A stretch of 59,087 nt of DNA, filler included, from Sphacelaria rigidula (taxonomy: Eukaryota), in NCBI GenBank assembly GCA_964200075.2. It is 6 parts of 6 records of this genome, joined end to end, with 100 filler letters (N's around TTAATTAATTAA, not from the genome) between each part and the next. Parts side by side here need not be neighbours in the genome. Positions count along the whole stretch, not along the records: positions 9,866 to 19,630 come from CAXNAA020007812.1; positions 19,731 to 29,495 come from CAXNAA020007813.1; 4 more parts are not named here. One strand, 5' to 3'. Both the position numbers and the translations under genes were made by a program. This document shows positions 11,328 through 23,200 of this stretch, in pieces (the first letter of the stretch is position 1; every line of letters starts with the position of its first letter). The notes beneath the pieces were generated by a model. The model did no database searches, was not told where the DNA came from, and worked only from the letters and a program-made list of their open reading frames with translations.

Positions 11328-12020
11328 TTCAGGAAAAAGAAAAGAAAAGGAGAAGACTTCCGGGTGAGGGTGTGCTACTGACTGTTCGGTGTTGATGGCT
11401 CTCTGTACAGGCGTTCGTTCCACTTTGCGTGCGGGTACAAAAGACAACGAAGTGATCCATCGTGCGTCTCATTTCCGAACCTTCCATGGGTGCGCAGGAC
11501 TGATAATTTGGCAGTTTATCGGACAAAGAGTAGGACAATGCCAAACCACAACTAAATGGAAAACGCCAGTTCAAAATAGTCTCCCCAGAGGTGCCCAATA
11601 CCAAAAGAGGTGAAAGTAGGCTGTACCTCTACTGGCGGCAGGTAAGGACACTACTGGAGAACACCACCGAGAAGAATGCAACAGACCATGACAACACCAA
11701 CTCGGGATAAACACCCTAGGGGAGTGTCGGCGGTCGTCCACACGTAGCCGAAGGCAAAGCATGTGCGCAAACAACCATGAAAAGGGAATAGCGTATGCAA
11801 CCTACACATCGACCGAAACGCCTCCTTGTAGAATGGACAATCACCCCGGCAAACAAAATGGTGTCCAAGAACCCCGCCCCCCTTGCCCCCCCTCGATATC
11901 CAACGCACATATACCCTACAATAATAAGCAACAAGCCACGAAACCCGAATTCGCGTGATTATCCCCACGGACTCTCTTAACCTACGCAACCCTCGTCCCC
12001 GCCCATGTTCCAGTTCTCAC

Positions 12021-12818
12021 CCCAAGCAAAGAGAGGAGCCGCCAGTCATCCATGAGGCTGAAAAAGTCTGGGTTCTCGACCACATCGCCGCCTATGTGCG
12101 CCACCATCACTGCGCCTTGATAGGCCCTGATATACGGCGCACTATCGCGAAACACATCCACAAAGTTTCCTCGCGTCACGTGCGTCTCACCACCGCCACC
12201 CTCTTTTCCCTTTCCCACTTCTCCCGCACGCGGCTCCGCCCAGGCTCGACGCCCAGTCCTGGCCCTAATGATATCTGTAGGTAATCGCCGTATGTCGCCG
12301 GCTACAGGAGGCAAAGGTGCCGCCTCGCTGTTGATGTTATTGTTGTGGGTCGTATTTCCGTGTTGTGGCGGTGCCCCACTGCCGCTACTACCCATGGTGC
12401 CGTTGACTACGGGCCCCACGGCAGACGACGAAGGCCAGCTGTGCACCGGTGACCAGGCGTTCAACATCGTTCTTGACGCAGTCGTCGTCCTGATCCAGCT
12501 TCGATCCTTTTGCGGATCATGTTGCTGCCGCATGTTGAAATCGCTCCACGAATGCGTTACACCTCCAGATTTCTTGGTGTTTGTGAGCATTTCAGAGGCA
12601 CTGAAAGGACGAATTGCAGGACTAACATGATATCGGCGAAGTGGTGCTGCTGCGGATTGATGTGGTCGTGTGATGCCGCCACTGCTTCTACCGCGACAGC
12701 AGCAGTGTCGGTCGCTGCCCCCCGAAAATACGTCCGCCGTGAAGGTGGTGAATGCGGGAAAATGCAACAGCAACGCCAGCATGGCCAGCAATGGCTTACT
12801 AGTCTTTGTCCTCATCAT
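12021..12818 (-). CDS. argA: ArgA-type N-acetylglutamate synthase, first coding exon (targeting peptide, extension, start of amino-acid kinase-like domain)
   Basis: NFVDVFRDSAPYIRAYQGAVMVAHIGGDVVENPDFFSLMDDWRLLSLLG matches the ArgA N-terminus (FV..FR..APYI..H.G.T.V....G........D..LL..LG). Hydrophobic N-terminus. GTGAGA donor at 12020. Start codon inferred. Confidence 0.82.
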
Positions 12819-14559
12819 ATTTACCCCCACTTCACAGAATGAAAAATGGTGTGTGACACCAAGCAGCACGATAGCTGCTGCAGCTGCTACAGCGGGGCAA
12901 ACCACGAACCAAGCCTAGCCAGCCCGTGTGGCGGCCAGTTCGTTGAAATCTTCGCGTAGAAATTGGTCATGAGATTTTCCTCCTACATATATGGCTACAA
13001 CAATAAAATTTTATTACCTTTCATACCTGTCTTCTTCATTATTTCCGCAGTTTTATAGCCAGCTGAAAAAAGTATTTCATGTCAGGTTCCTTCTTTGTAA
13101 GAATTATGTGACTTCTGTTTCTATCAAACGCCCGGGGCATTTGTGTTTCGACTGCGGGTCTGAGCATCAAGGCAGTGGTATTTGTACTATACTACGAGTA
13201 CTACTGTTGTGTACACGCAGCTGTGCACTGACTACTGTGTCGGCAGCTACTGTCTGTAGGGCGGCGTGAAAGAGGAGTCCGAAGAATCTGCCGCACAACC
13301 GGACGGTTACAGCTCTTCAAAAAGTACATCTCCACGATAAAAACAAGAGGAAGCATAACGAGAATAGTAACACCGAGAAATAAGGAGGAAGCGTTAAGCT
13401 AGACACTATGAGGAGGCTACCACAGGCAAGTTCAAACGTAATATATGTCCTGTGTCTGTACCGTTGTCGTACTGTTCTGTTGTACCGTTCGAGGTGGTCG
13501 GTGAAGTGGGTGATGCAGGAGACCAATAGGGCAAAGTGATGAAAGTGCTTTCGTAAAAGATTGGCCGTGCAATGATAGATAGTGATGCACCTAGCCTGCT
13601 TTCACTTGGTCGTGATGGCGCATTGTCATCTGATGGGAGAAACTGGCGGCAAGAGGGGACAATCGAGCAAGGCCGACGGTATATGATTCGGTACTTTGTC
13701 ACGTCTCCATCGATAGACTACGGTATATACCACCCCCTGGTATCGCAAAAGTCGCGTGTTGGTCATTATTTTCACCTATGCTCCAATCTGGGAAAATGTC
13801 CCAGAAGCGAAGTTGCACGTAGGTGTGAGAATGCTGAAAAGACATCTGGATATTCTCATTTTGGCGTGATTTATGCACAAGTCACGTCGGCTGAACAGTA
13901 CCGTGTTGGTGTAGCACCTCGTTTAGTGTCACGTTTTTTACCACCCCTCAAAAACAGAACATGGTGGCGTCAGGGCGTGTTTTACCACGTGTCTGGAGGG
14001 ATGTCTTGGGATGTGTCGTAGCACAATTTTTTCGATCGAGAAACACGTGTAGTGGAATCGACTCGAGCGAATCTGGTCGTTCTTCGCGAGTTGGGTACAA
14101 GCGAATTTGCAAGCTTTCGATTGAAGAGTGAAATTCGTAAGGCGGTACACTACTTGCTCGCTTGTCTACATAGAGTACCGACAACAGACTGACTGTCTGA
14201 ACTGTGTACATAGAACAGTACAGTGTGTCTGAGTATGTGTGCGCGTTTTGTTCTGTAGGATGTGAGAAAGAAGCAGGCAACGTGCAGTACAGGCAGCATA
14301 GGACTGACTTTCTGTCCTCTCTGCTACAACAATGCGACGTGAAAAGGATTTGAACACCGTACGAGTTGGGCCAGCAGTAAATCCCGCATTTGCATGTCCC
14401 ACCATAACTTATCAAGTTCAGCAAATCAGCCTGACTTGAGTATATCGGTGTGACCTGCAGACCAACGTGGTAACGCCCGGGACCGCCGCTGAATGAAAAA
14501 AAATGAAAAAAAATGTGTTGCATAATGATATATCACCTAACTGACGGAACAAAGAAAAG

Positions 14560-15177
14560 GAATCCATCGGGATTCGAACTCGTGATCTCCATAACTGGAG
14601 TCAACTGCATCACTTGGACTACAGTAGTGGGCGGTCTAACTATTCAGCGGCGTTTTTTGGTTTTCCTCGCATACTACTCTTCGATAGAACTCGAAATTGC
14701 TAGCGTCAGTAGATTTTGGTACAATAAACAGATCGCCCTCGAAACACAGTGCCCAAGTCAGTGCTAGTTGGTGTTATCGGGCGAAACGATTAATTATCCC
14801 GTTTATCAGGAGGGTGTTATTGACTGTGAAATACAGTTTTTCGGGTCTAGAGCAATGAGTAGGCAGAATTAAAAAAAAAAAGAGTACATTTTCACAGAAA
14901 TATGATCGGGACAGGCTCGATCGGCCGAAAATACCGAAGAGTAAGAATCTGAGCTGAAACGTCGCAGGACCCCCGAGGACTGGTCAGCCCGTGAGTCACT
15001 CAATATTGAGTACAGATGATTTTTTTTCTTCGAATGTGGAGCGGATACAAATATCTTCTGATCCCCAACGTAATAGGCGGTGGCAAGCGGAAAGGGCCCA
15101 AGAAAATCGCTGATTACGAAGAAATCACAATATACCTCAAAATGAATAGTTAGACTGCCCACTACTGTAGAGGAGCG
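14560..15177 (-). pseudogene. tRNA-derived sequence (pseudo-tRNA or SINE head) interrupted by the mariner MITE
   Basis: Removing 14622-15169 gives minus-strand GCTCCTCTAGTCCAAGTGATGCAGTTGACTCCAGTTATGGAGATCACGAGTTCGAATCCCGATGG, with an A-box-like TAGTCCAAGTG and a B-box GAGTTCGAATCC. Confidence 0.55.
14622..15167. mobile_element. Tc1/mariner-type MITE
   Basis: 25-bp TIRs CAGTAGTGGGCGGTCTAACTATTCA / TGAATAGTTAGACTGCCCACTACTG (1 mismatch). TA on both sides (14620-14621, 15168-15169). Confidence 0.85.
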
Positions 15178-15435
15178 CAGCCGAGCCACACGAAAAGTTG
15201 GATGCTGCGCCACATTTCTGGAAATTTTGGCCGAGATTGCGCAAGGATCCCCTCCACATAAGGACGCACAACTACACTAGGGATGCTTCCGTATTTCTTT
15301 ATTTTCACGGAATTATAGCATTTTTCTAGTTTAGTGAAAACTTCAAATCGCTCTAACTTTCTGTTTTTATTTTATTTTCTTGGCATCCCCGGGAACGTTG
15401 TGTGTAGTGTTGATAAGGATGTTGTGTCAACATTT

Positions 15436-15596
15436 CACACCTTCGACAATATATGGTCAATAGTTGCAATAGACAAGGAGCGTACTGCATTAAGTATAGG
15501 CCTATCGCGACTATTGTAGGCCGGCAATGGTTGCAATAGTCCTATAGTACACTTCTCGTCTATTGCATCTATTGACCGTATATTGTCCAGGGTGTG
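15436..15596. mobile_element. Small MITE with ~40-bp imperfect TIRs
   Basis: CACACCTTCGACAATATATGGTCAATAGTTGCAATAGAC pairs with GTCTATTGCATCTATTGACCGTATATTGTCCAGGGTGTG. Confidence 0.65.
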
Positions 15597-15689
15597 CAAA
15601 ATTTCAGCGCCCAACGCTTCGGATTACCCACCGCCCGGCCCGGATACATTCGCAATCACCGTCAGCTGGCCCAGCTCGTACAGTTCAGT

Positions 15690-16000
15690 ACTGCCTGCAC
15701 TGTCCATGAGCGTGTACGCAAGTCGGTCTCCCATCTCACGACGCAATTCCGTCGCCGACCCCTACACCGTAATGAAAGATACTGTGCAATTTTTTTCGCC
15801 AGCAAAACGTAAAGACGCCATGCCAAGAGAGTAATAATGTCGGTTGCCAATTACTGCAGTTCATGTACGTATGTATCCTTGTGCTCAAGTCGTGTTCCAT
15901 GCTGCAGGGTTGCGGTGGTGGCTGAGAATGAAATGTGCGTGGTCTACATGATTCTGTGACCGGTTGGTATCTGGGGTGGTGATCTGCAAGACAGGAGCCA
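15690..16000. repeat. Dispersed repeat family (homologs about 16990-17250 and 24960-25250)
   Basis: Shared CAATTCCGTCGCCGA (15690 and 16990 copies) and TATCC.T.TG..CAA.TCGTG..C...GCTGCAGGGTTG..GTGGT..CTG.GAA blocks. Confidence 0.7.
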
Positions 16001-16158
16001 AGTACCCCTTCGTACCTTTCAGCTGCATATTTTTGATCGAAAAAGCCAAGACCTGCCCAGCCATCAATCACCATGCTACTTGTGAACGCTCGTTCCCTTT
16101 CACGCTTCTTTTCTTCACCTCGATAAAGTCATGGCCTAAGGCATGGCCTAAGGCCTGA

Positions 16159-16330
16159 GGCCGTGTCTTACCAAGACGAAAGAAACAAGCGAGAAACGAA
16201 ACAAGCGTCTTGAAGCAGAGCGTTGATTGGGCGCCCGACGGGTCTATGGTTGCGGTGACGAATCGTCACGCTGCTTTTGGACGCTTGTTCCGTTCTGCGC
16301 TTCTCTCTTTCGTCTCATTAAGATACGGCC
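16159..16330. mobile_element. PIF/Harbinger (Tourist-like) MITE
   Basis: TIRs GGCCGTGTCTT / AAGATACGGCC, flanked by TGA and TAA. Confidence 0.65.
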
Positions 16331-16779
16331 TAAGCTTGGCATATTCACCTTGCGTCCGGGCACGAATTATCATACGACGTAGATCACAGTTGAACCTATC
16401 ATATCGGGAAAGAAAAATCGACCGCATTTTACCGATCGAAGAAAAATGTTATACTCGTAAAACACGCCCGTTGAGCGTGCCTCCACACATAATTTTTCGA
16501 TTGAAAAATGCGGTGGAAAAGGAAAGTTCTGATCTTAATGATCGTGGTTCCAATCATCGTCACTCATGTTAAAATCACGATCTATGAGATCGGGATTTTC
16601 CTTTTCCACCGCAATTATCCTATCGAAAAATGATTTGCTGACAGACGATCTTGTTAAGTTCGTTTCAGGTCGAACAAAGGAGTGCGGCGGGATTGATTCG
16701 ATCGGATTTGTTCGTTTTGCGCGAAATGAGTCCGAGCGAATTTTCAAGCGCAGAAGCGAAAAAAGCGGTGGAATTCGCG

Positions 16780-17250
16780 AAGCGGTACTTCATCACTGGT
16801 AGTCAGTACAGACAACATTGTTCTGTCTGTACTTTCTGTACTGCCTGCACGGTGTGTATGTGTGTGTTTTTTCGTACAGTGGGATGTGAAGGAGAAGCGG
16901 ATAACGTGCAGTACAGGCAGTACGTACTGTCTGTACTATCTGCATACGGTGGGATGCGAAAAATATTCGAACAACATGCGGTTTTGTTCTGTCTATACTA
17001 TCCATGATCGTCTACACAATTCCGTCGCCGAGCCCTACCGTAAAAGATACCCAAGCTTCGCCAGTGAGAAAAAAGCACATCATGCCAAGAGAATGATAGT
17101 GTTGGTTCTGAACTACGGTAGTGTATCCCTTTGCTCAACTCGTGCTCTATGCTGCAGGGTTGTAGTGGTGACTGAGAACAAACTGTGTGGGGGTTCGCAT
17201 GGCTCTGTAAACGAGTGGTATGTGGCGTGGTTGTCTGCAAGATAAAAGAG
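16780..17250. repeat. Dispersed repeat (TACTGT/ACAGTA-rich part homologous to 14150-14350, plus the 15690 family)
   Basis: Direct sequence similarity to 14150-14350 and 15740-16000. Confidence 0.65.
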
Positions 17251-19419
17251 TCGAGTTCCCCTTCGTGTCTTCCCGCCGCATTTTGTCGATCGAAAACCCT
17301 GAGGGCCCTTCTTGATGAGACAGAAAAAAGAAGCAAAGAGTTAAGCAAGCATCGAAAAGGCATCACATTGATTGGTCGCCGCAACGACAGGACCGCCGCT
17401 TTGGTTGCGGCGACCGAACAAGTAGCTGTTTTTGGAGTATTGACTATTGCTTCGCTTGTCACTTCTTTTGTTGGCGCAGGGCCAACATATAGGGGCAAGT
17501 ACCATGAGTTGCAGCATATTCCCACCAATCAGAGCCTTTCAAAACACGAAAATGCGGAACGTTCCACCACTCAGATGAGGCCTATGCTATGCATATGAGA
17601 TGCGAAATGGCTTTGATTGACCCACACGTTGCGCCGTTTCGAGAGAGCTGCGATGATCAATCGCTGAGAATGCAGCACTTCGTGCTGGCTCAGTTTGTTT
17701 GCCCCAGCCCGTACGCACCCGCCTTGTGTGTCTTCCCCAATCACAGCACCCGACTACAACTAGAGTACGAAAGAAGACACCCAGACGGCATTTTTTCAAC
17801 CTTGTGTAGACAGCATTTTGTTCCCACCCCAATTCTGTCCAGACCGGAACAGCGGCATTACAGCAGCTCAGGTACTTCCCAGCGCAGATCAAACCGTGCT
17901 CGTAGGGTCCAAACGCATCACCGTACAGCGACAGCTGCAGCATAGAAATGATGGGTGCGGGCAGCGCCTTGTCCGTTTTACGGAAAAACGGAACAGCCAA
18001 CACACCATGGCGTTTTGAACAGTCGGCGTGTACTGTAGACAGTACTACGTACCGAGTAAAATTATTTTGTACGGAGACGAACACATCAACAGTACAAAAG
18101 CTCAGGCAATGCCGGCGGAGATCACACCGTCTTTGCAAGATCTAAATACACCACGATACAGTACAGTGACAGCTACAACACATGAGAGAGGGCGTTAGTG
18201 TGTCTTTGCCGCAGTGCGTCAAAACATGACATGTGCCATGTTTCAATTCTTCGCCTAAGTTTGAACAGGTGCTCAATTTTGGCCGGGTGGCGATTTTAAG
18301 CACACGACCAAGATCGCACTTCGCGCGAAAAAAATTCAATTCGCAACCTGTTACCCCTATTTGTGAGAGATGAGCCTTTTTTTTTGGTGTCGATAATATA
18401 GACTCTAAGTTTTGCCATCTCTTGCCTTCCGGTCGCGCGCGAAAAATTGTGGATAAAGAGTTGAGGCCACCGAAGACTGTGACGGACGTACACCCATCAG
18501 TTTGGAATTTTTCACTTGCACTGCACTTTTTCGATCGTTTCTTTTACAAGGCACGTCCTCACCAACAAAATAATTGACTCAACAATATCAAGCGGAGGAA
18601 TCGAGTCAGGGCCAATGCGTTCGTTTTGCGCGGTTTGAATTTGAGCGAATTTGCAAGCGCGCAACGAAAAAAGGTGTTAGCAGCCAACGGCGAATAGCAC
18701 TCCCCGCCTCAATCTTTTTCACCCGGTAATCACGAGATACACAGCGTCCGATGGAGCCCCCGATAGATCAAAGTGTGGTTCTCCCTCAGCTCACCGATTA
18801 CATGTTTGGTTCCGTGCCTATCGGTCGCGAGCCAAAGCAGCGATGTCCGCTCCTGGACAAATGCGTCACTTCGAAGCCATGTCTTCTGCAAGAAAGAAGC
18901 GGCAAAGGTTCACGCAGATGGCCGCTGCTCGCCCTTACCAACCTACACGCAGCATGGACGGCGAACGCGGCGGGGAAAAAAGTGATGAACTGGCGTGCCG
19001 TTTTTTCGCCCCGCTTTTTCGGTCGAAACAACCGCTATTATTGCTATGGACGTTCCCGTGAGAAAGGGCGGAAACGAGGATAATGAAATGAAGCCATCAG
19101 GAACACAAATGGCATGGGCTTACCAGATCGGAATTTCACGATTCCGCGGCTCATCTTCGCTTTCCATGTTTTTTATGGTAGAAACTCCCTGAGCAAACTT
19201 AATAGAGTATGAAATCACAATTACGTTGGCCTTTATTTGTAAACTATATCCATGGCTACCTCCTTGGAAAAATCCGGCTCAGTTTTGCCCATCGCGGAGC
19301 ACAACCTGACGGTCGATATTTCCCAATACTTGTCAATCCAGATACTACGTGATGTTGAAGGTACACAATGTCTTTTTTTTTCATTGTGGAATCCTCTGCC
19401 AACATTCCCCCCCCCCCGC

Positions 19420-19630
19420 CTAGCCAGGAAGTTTGGGAAGGTGTAGTGAGGAAAACAAATGAAGATTTCGACGGCGGTATCAAACAAATGTGGACAGGGA
19501 TGAAAGGGATAACGAGAAACCGGGCATGAAAGATGGACAAGGGGATAGCTAGCTACACTCCGGGCACAGAACGGTAAAATGGTCAGTAGTTCGAAGGGAA
19601 AGAGAGAAGTGCTAGTCGAGCACTACCGTA
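19420..19630 (+). mobile_element. 5'-truncated LINE ORF2 fragment (endonuclease-RT linker) beginning right after a C run
   Basis: EVWEGVVRKTNEDFDGGIKQMWTGMKGI...TLRAQNGKMVSSSKGKREVLVEHYR is typical of the pre-RT region of non-LTR ORF2, with stop/frameshift. Confidence 0.65.
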
Positions 19631-19730
19631 NNNNNNNNNNNNNNNNNNNNNNNNNNNNNNNNNNNNNNNNNNNNTTAATTAATTAANNNNNNNNNNNNNN
19701 NNNNNNNNNNNNNNNNNNNNNNNNNNNNNN
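19631..19730. other. Artificial contig spacer
   Basis: N44-TTAATTAATTAA-N44. Confidence 0.98.
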
Positions 19731-20022
19731 TTTTTTCGACCTCCCCCCCCGCTCCCTCCCGCCCCCGGTGGGCCTCTGTTTTTTTTTTTTTTTGTCGCAC
19801 TTTGAAATAAACCGTCCCCCTTCTCCGGACGAGTCCCTGGTCACAAGGGACCAATCCATCTCTCTGACCGGTTCAGGCCTTGCATTTTGATTTCGCGGAT
19901 TGGGTCATGACTATCAGCAATCCCGGACCACGTGAACATTTGCGAAACAAACTAAGTCAGCTTCTTTTTGTTGCCCCCATGGAATTCACATAACCGTGAA
20001 TTTTCTGTGACGAAATGAGCAG

Positions 20023-20224
20023 GGTGGAGTTACTGCCGTGCCGAATCAACAACGTGACCTTGGATTCTTCAGCGGAGTATAGCCAGGTGCGGCCTTTTGC
20101 GCTCGGACCGTTGGGTGTGGATGGGCCACAGAGTGCGGCGCTATTGCGGACGTTTGGGCCCGTTCCTCCACCCCACGTGGCCGAGGCGGAGGGAGTGCTC
20201 GACAAGGGGATCGAGGCTATGGAG
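20023..20224 (+). CDS. Probable internal exon of an unidentified protein
   Basis: CAG acceptor, GTACCG donor, GC-rich open frame VELLPCRINNVTLDSSAEYSQVRPFALGPLGVDGPQSAALLRTFGPVPPPHVAEAEGVLDKGIEAME. No family recognised. Confidence 0.45.
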
Positions 20225-23200
20225 GTACCGTGGATATACAGTATGTAATGTTATTTCGTGAACTATCAATATATCTCTTCACACGTGAACACCGGAAATG
20301 CCGTAAAACCCGGCATACCTGCGGAATCCCTATCATGCCTGCAACGTATACGAGGGAAAAGTGAAAGGTTTGTGTTCTGTAGGGCATCCCGTCTGAAATT
20401 CGGGTATCTACACATTTTTGGTATGTAAGTAGTATTTTATCGCTGAACGCCATTCCGAATCATACTGTTTGGAATAAGGCTTAGTATTGATGCTCTGCCG
20501 GACCATACCGGAATGTTCGGTATACAGTTCGATATGATTCAGTATGCCAGCTGGAAATCCCCCACTTCCGGGTATACCCTACCGAACACAACCTTGGAAA
20601 TTTGGTTACAGAATACTGCGTGGAACTGCTGTGGATCCTGGAGCCTAAAGTTGGTGCAGATATTAAATAGCCTGCTTTTTACTGAAATCAATATTTATAT
20701 ATTTGCTTCGGTATACTGTAGGTATTTATCATGTGCAGGAACCGAGGGATTTCTCGCTGGTATATGCGTATCACCAGATATCCCCATGTTCCACTGCGTG
20801 TAGCCCCACTCAGTTGTACCGCATGATAAGTGTCATGCTAGTTGGACGTAGTACTGATGACGTGTCATGTGTCAGCTGATGCGGAGTGGTCAGTTGAGTC
20901 GTGGCGACTCTCGTTGCCTCGTCCTCGCAACATGCAGGCTGGAAGTTCGACATCTTGTTCCTCACGGAACGTACGGACCTAGTGGTCCACTTACTCCGGA
21001 TCCGCGAGCCTTAGGGTAGACAACCTCATCTTGGCGAACACCGTTTTTTTCGTTTTCCTTTTGACGAACATCATGTTTCCTTGGAGTAACTCAACTCGAA
21101 GCAATGTTCTCGTGAGATTGAGAGAAGAGGATGCGATTGAGAGTGAGAAGCGGTCATTTAGTGAATAAATCGTTTCAGTTCCGAAATACCCCTCCACGAG
21201 GCCCGATATATGCTTTCTGGAGTAGCTTGCCACTGAAGCACTTACTATCCCTGAGTAGGATATCAACGTGTAGCTGTAAGCACACGCCAGTGATATAGGC
21301 AAAGAAAAGCACACACGGAATGAAAAATTGGCCAAGTTGAAGCGAATGATAAAACCAACTCTCGATCAGCGCTCTACTCTCAATCTCACGAAAACATTGT
21401 TTCAAGCAGTTTGTATTAGGGATCACGCTGGGACTACAGGATCAGAAATACCGAAGGGTACGGAAGGTCTCCGCCTTCAAAACAACACGGTCAGCTGTTC
21501 GAGCCCTTCGGAACTTCCGCCTTCAACTGTGCCTCCGGCCTCATCTAGCCCTTCTCCTGAGCCTCCGTCTGAAGCTGCTGCGCCCTTGCCTCTAGCTGCT
21601 GGTACTCGAACACTCCCATGTCTGGTCGCCTGAAAAGCATGCCCCCCATTGAGTCCAACGCCCTTTCTCGTGGAAAACGTGCCATATTGCTTATAGAGCG
21701 GGTCATGGCACGCGATCTCGACTTGGGGTCCCGACCAGGGCACCGACGTTTCTCCCGCGATGGTCATTACGAGGCTATTTTGTTGTGTCCGCCACTCGTG
21801 AGCGGTCGTGTGTCTGAGTTTGTTGGACGGCCGACAGCCGTGGTGCTTGCTCACCGGAGTGTGCTACTTGTGGGCTAGGCTCGATGGCGTGTTTCTTGGA
21901 ATGGAACCCGGTGTTCTTGAACATAGCGGTAAAAATACGTGATGATTGGCCCGTAGATTATCGGATACAGTGGGGGGCACGGTTTAAGAGAGGGGTGTGT
22001 CAAGCCATTTTGGCCTTTCTTTAACCTGGCTTTTTTTTCTATCGTTCTAAGAGAGGTTTTCTGGTAAACCGTACGCTCGGTCAACCAGAAAATCTCTCTT
22101 AGAACAATATATATATATATATATGTGTGTGTGTTTTAGACCGGGTGAAACAAGAGTTCTGGGAGGTAAGCTCGTGTTATGGCGTCTCGATGAAATTTCT
22201 GATGAAACGTATTCAATTATTCATGGTGTTATACAGGACCCACAGCCAGCTCGGTTCCTCCTTGTTCTGATGTGGAAGAACCCCACTGCTGTATTATGTG
22301 GTCTAAAAGCTGCTCCAACATCTGAACATAGCGGCCAAGAGTACCCGAGAGAGAGTACAGCTGACTGCTGTGGTTCGTACTGCTATACAGCAAGCAGTAC
22401 AGAAACCGACTCAAGCCAAGAAGGGTGCGAATCAACCTACCAGTGACAATTGAGAAGCTACATCCTGTTGTTATATATATGCTTATCGTGGCTTGTGTAT
22501 GAAATGCACAGTGTTGACCTGTCAAGGTGACAGGAACAATTGGTTCAACTGGTGAACCCAGCTCTGACAAGAGAGCTCGCAGAGGCTGCACAGTGTGGGT
22601 TGAACACGTGCTTGTGCAATGAGAAAAATATAGTTTAAACTTGGCGCTTCATCCAGCCGTTACTCAAATCAAACACAATCAGTCTCTACTCTACAGAATA
22701 ATGATGAAAAGGTGGTAGGCTTGCTTGAGGTGGGTCGCTTTTGAGAGTCAAAGCGTAGGGCTATGTCACTCTGTCGACAAAAATCTTGGAGACTAAAAAA
22801 ACTGTTCATCCAAACTGTTGATACGTTAGACGCTTCGTACTCAACCCTTCGATATTCTGACAATAGAGGGTTTCGGAAGTTTTTTTTTTTATCATAGAGT
22901 CAGCGTGGAGAGTGGAATCTTCGAAACATCAGAGTGGACGTTAAAGAGTTCATAGCGGAAGCTGGTGTGACGCAGCTTGACGTAATTTTTTTTCTGTCAC
23001 AGTGATTGGTCGGAGTTTGCCCCGCCAAATGTACGGTCGACCAGCGTCCAGTTCGAAAGTGCATATGCCGGCACAACACTGATTGTACCGTACACTGCGG
23101 CACCGTACGCACCGTACAATACGCTTATTCACTGCACTTGCAGTACTTCAATCCACTCTCTAATATGCTGACCTTCTGTATCGGAGCGATACAGTACACG

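Noticed and set aside
20991-21878. Possible coding region
   Set aside because: Multiple stops, no clear splice structure and no recognisable family.
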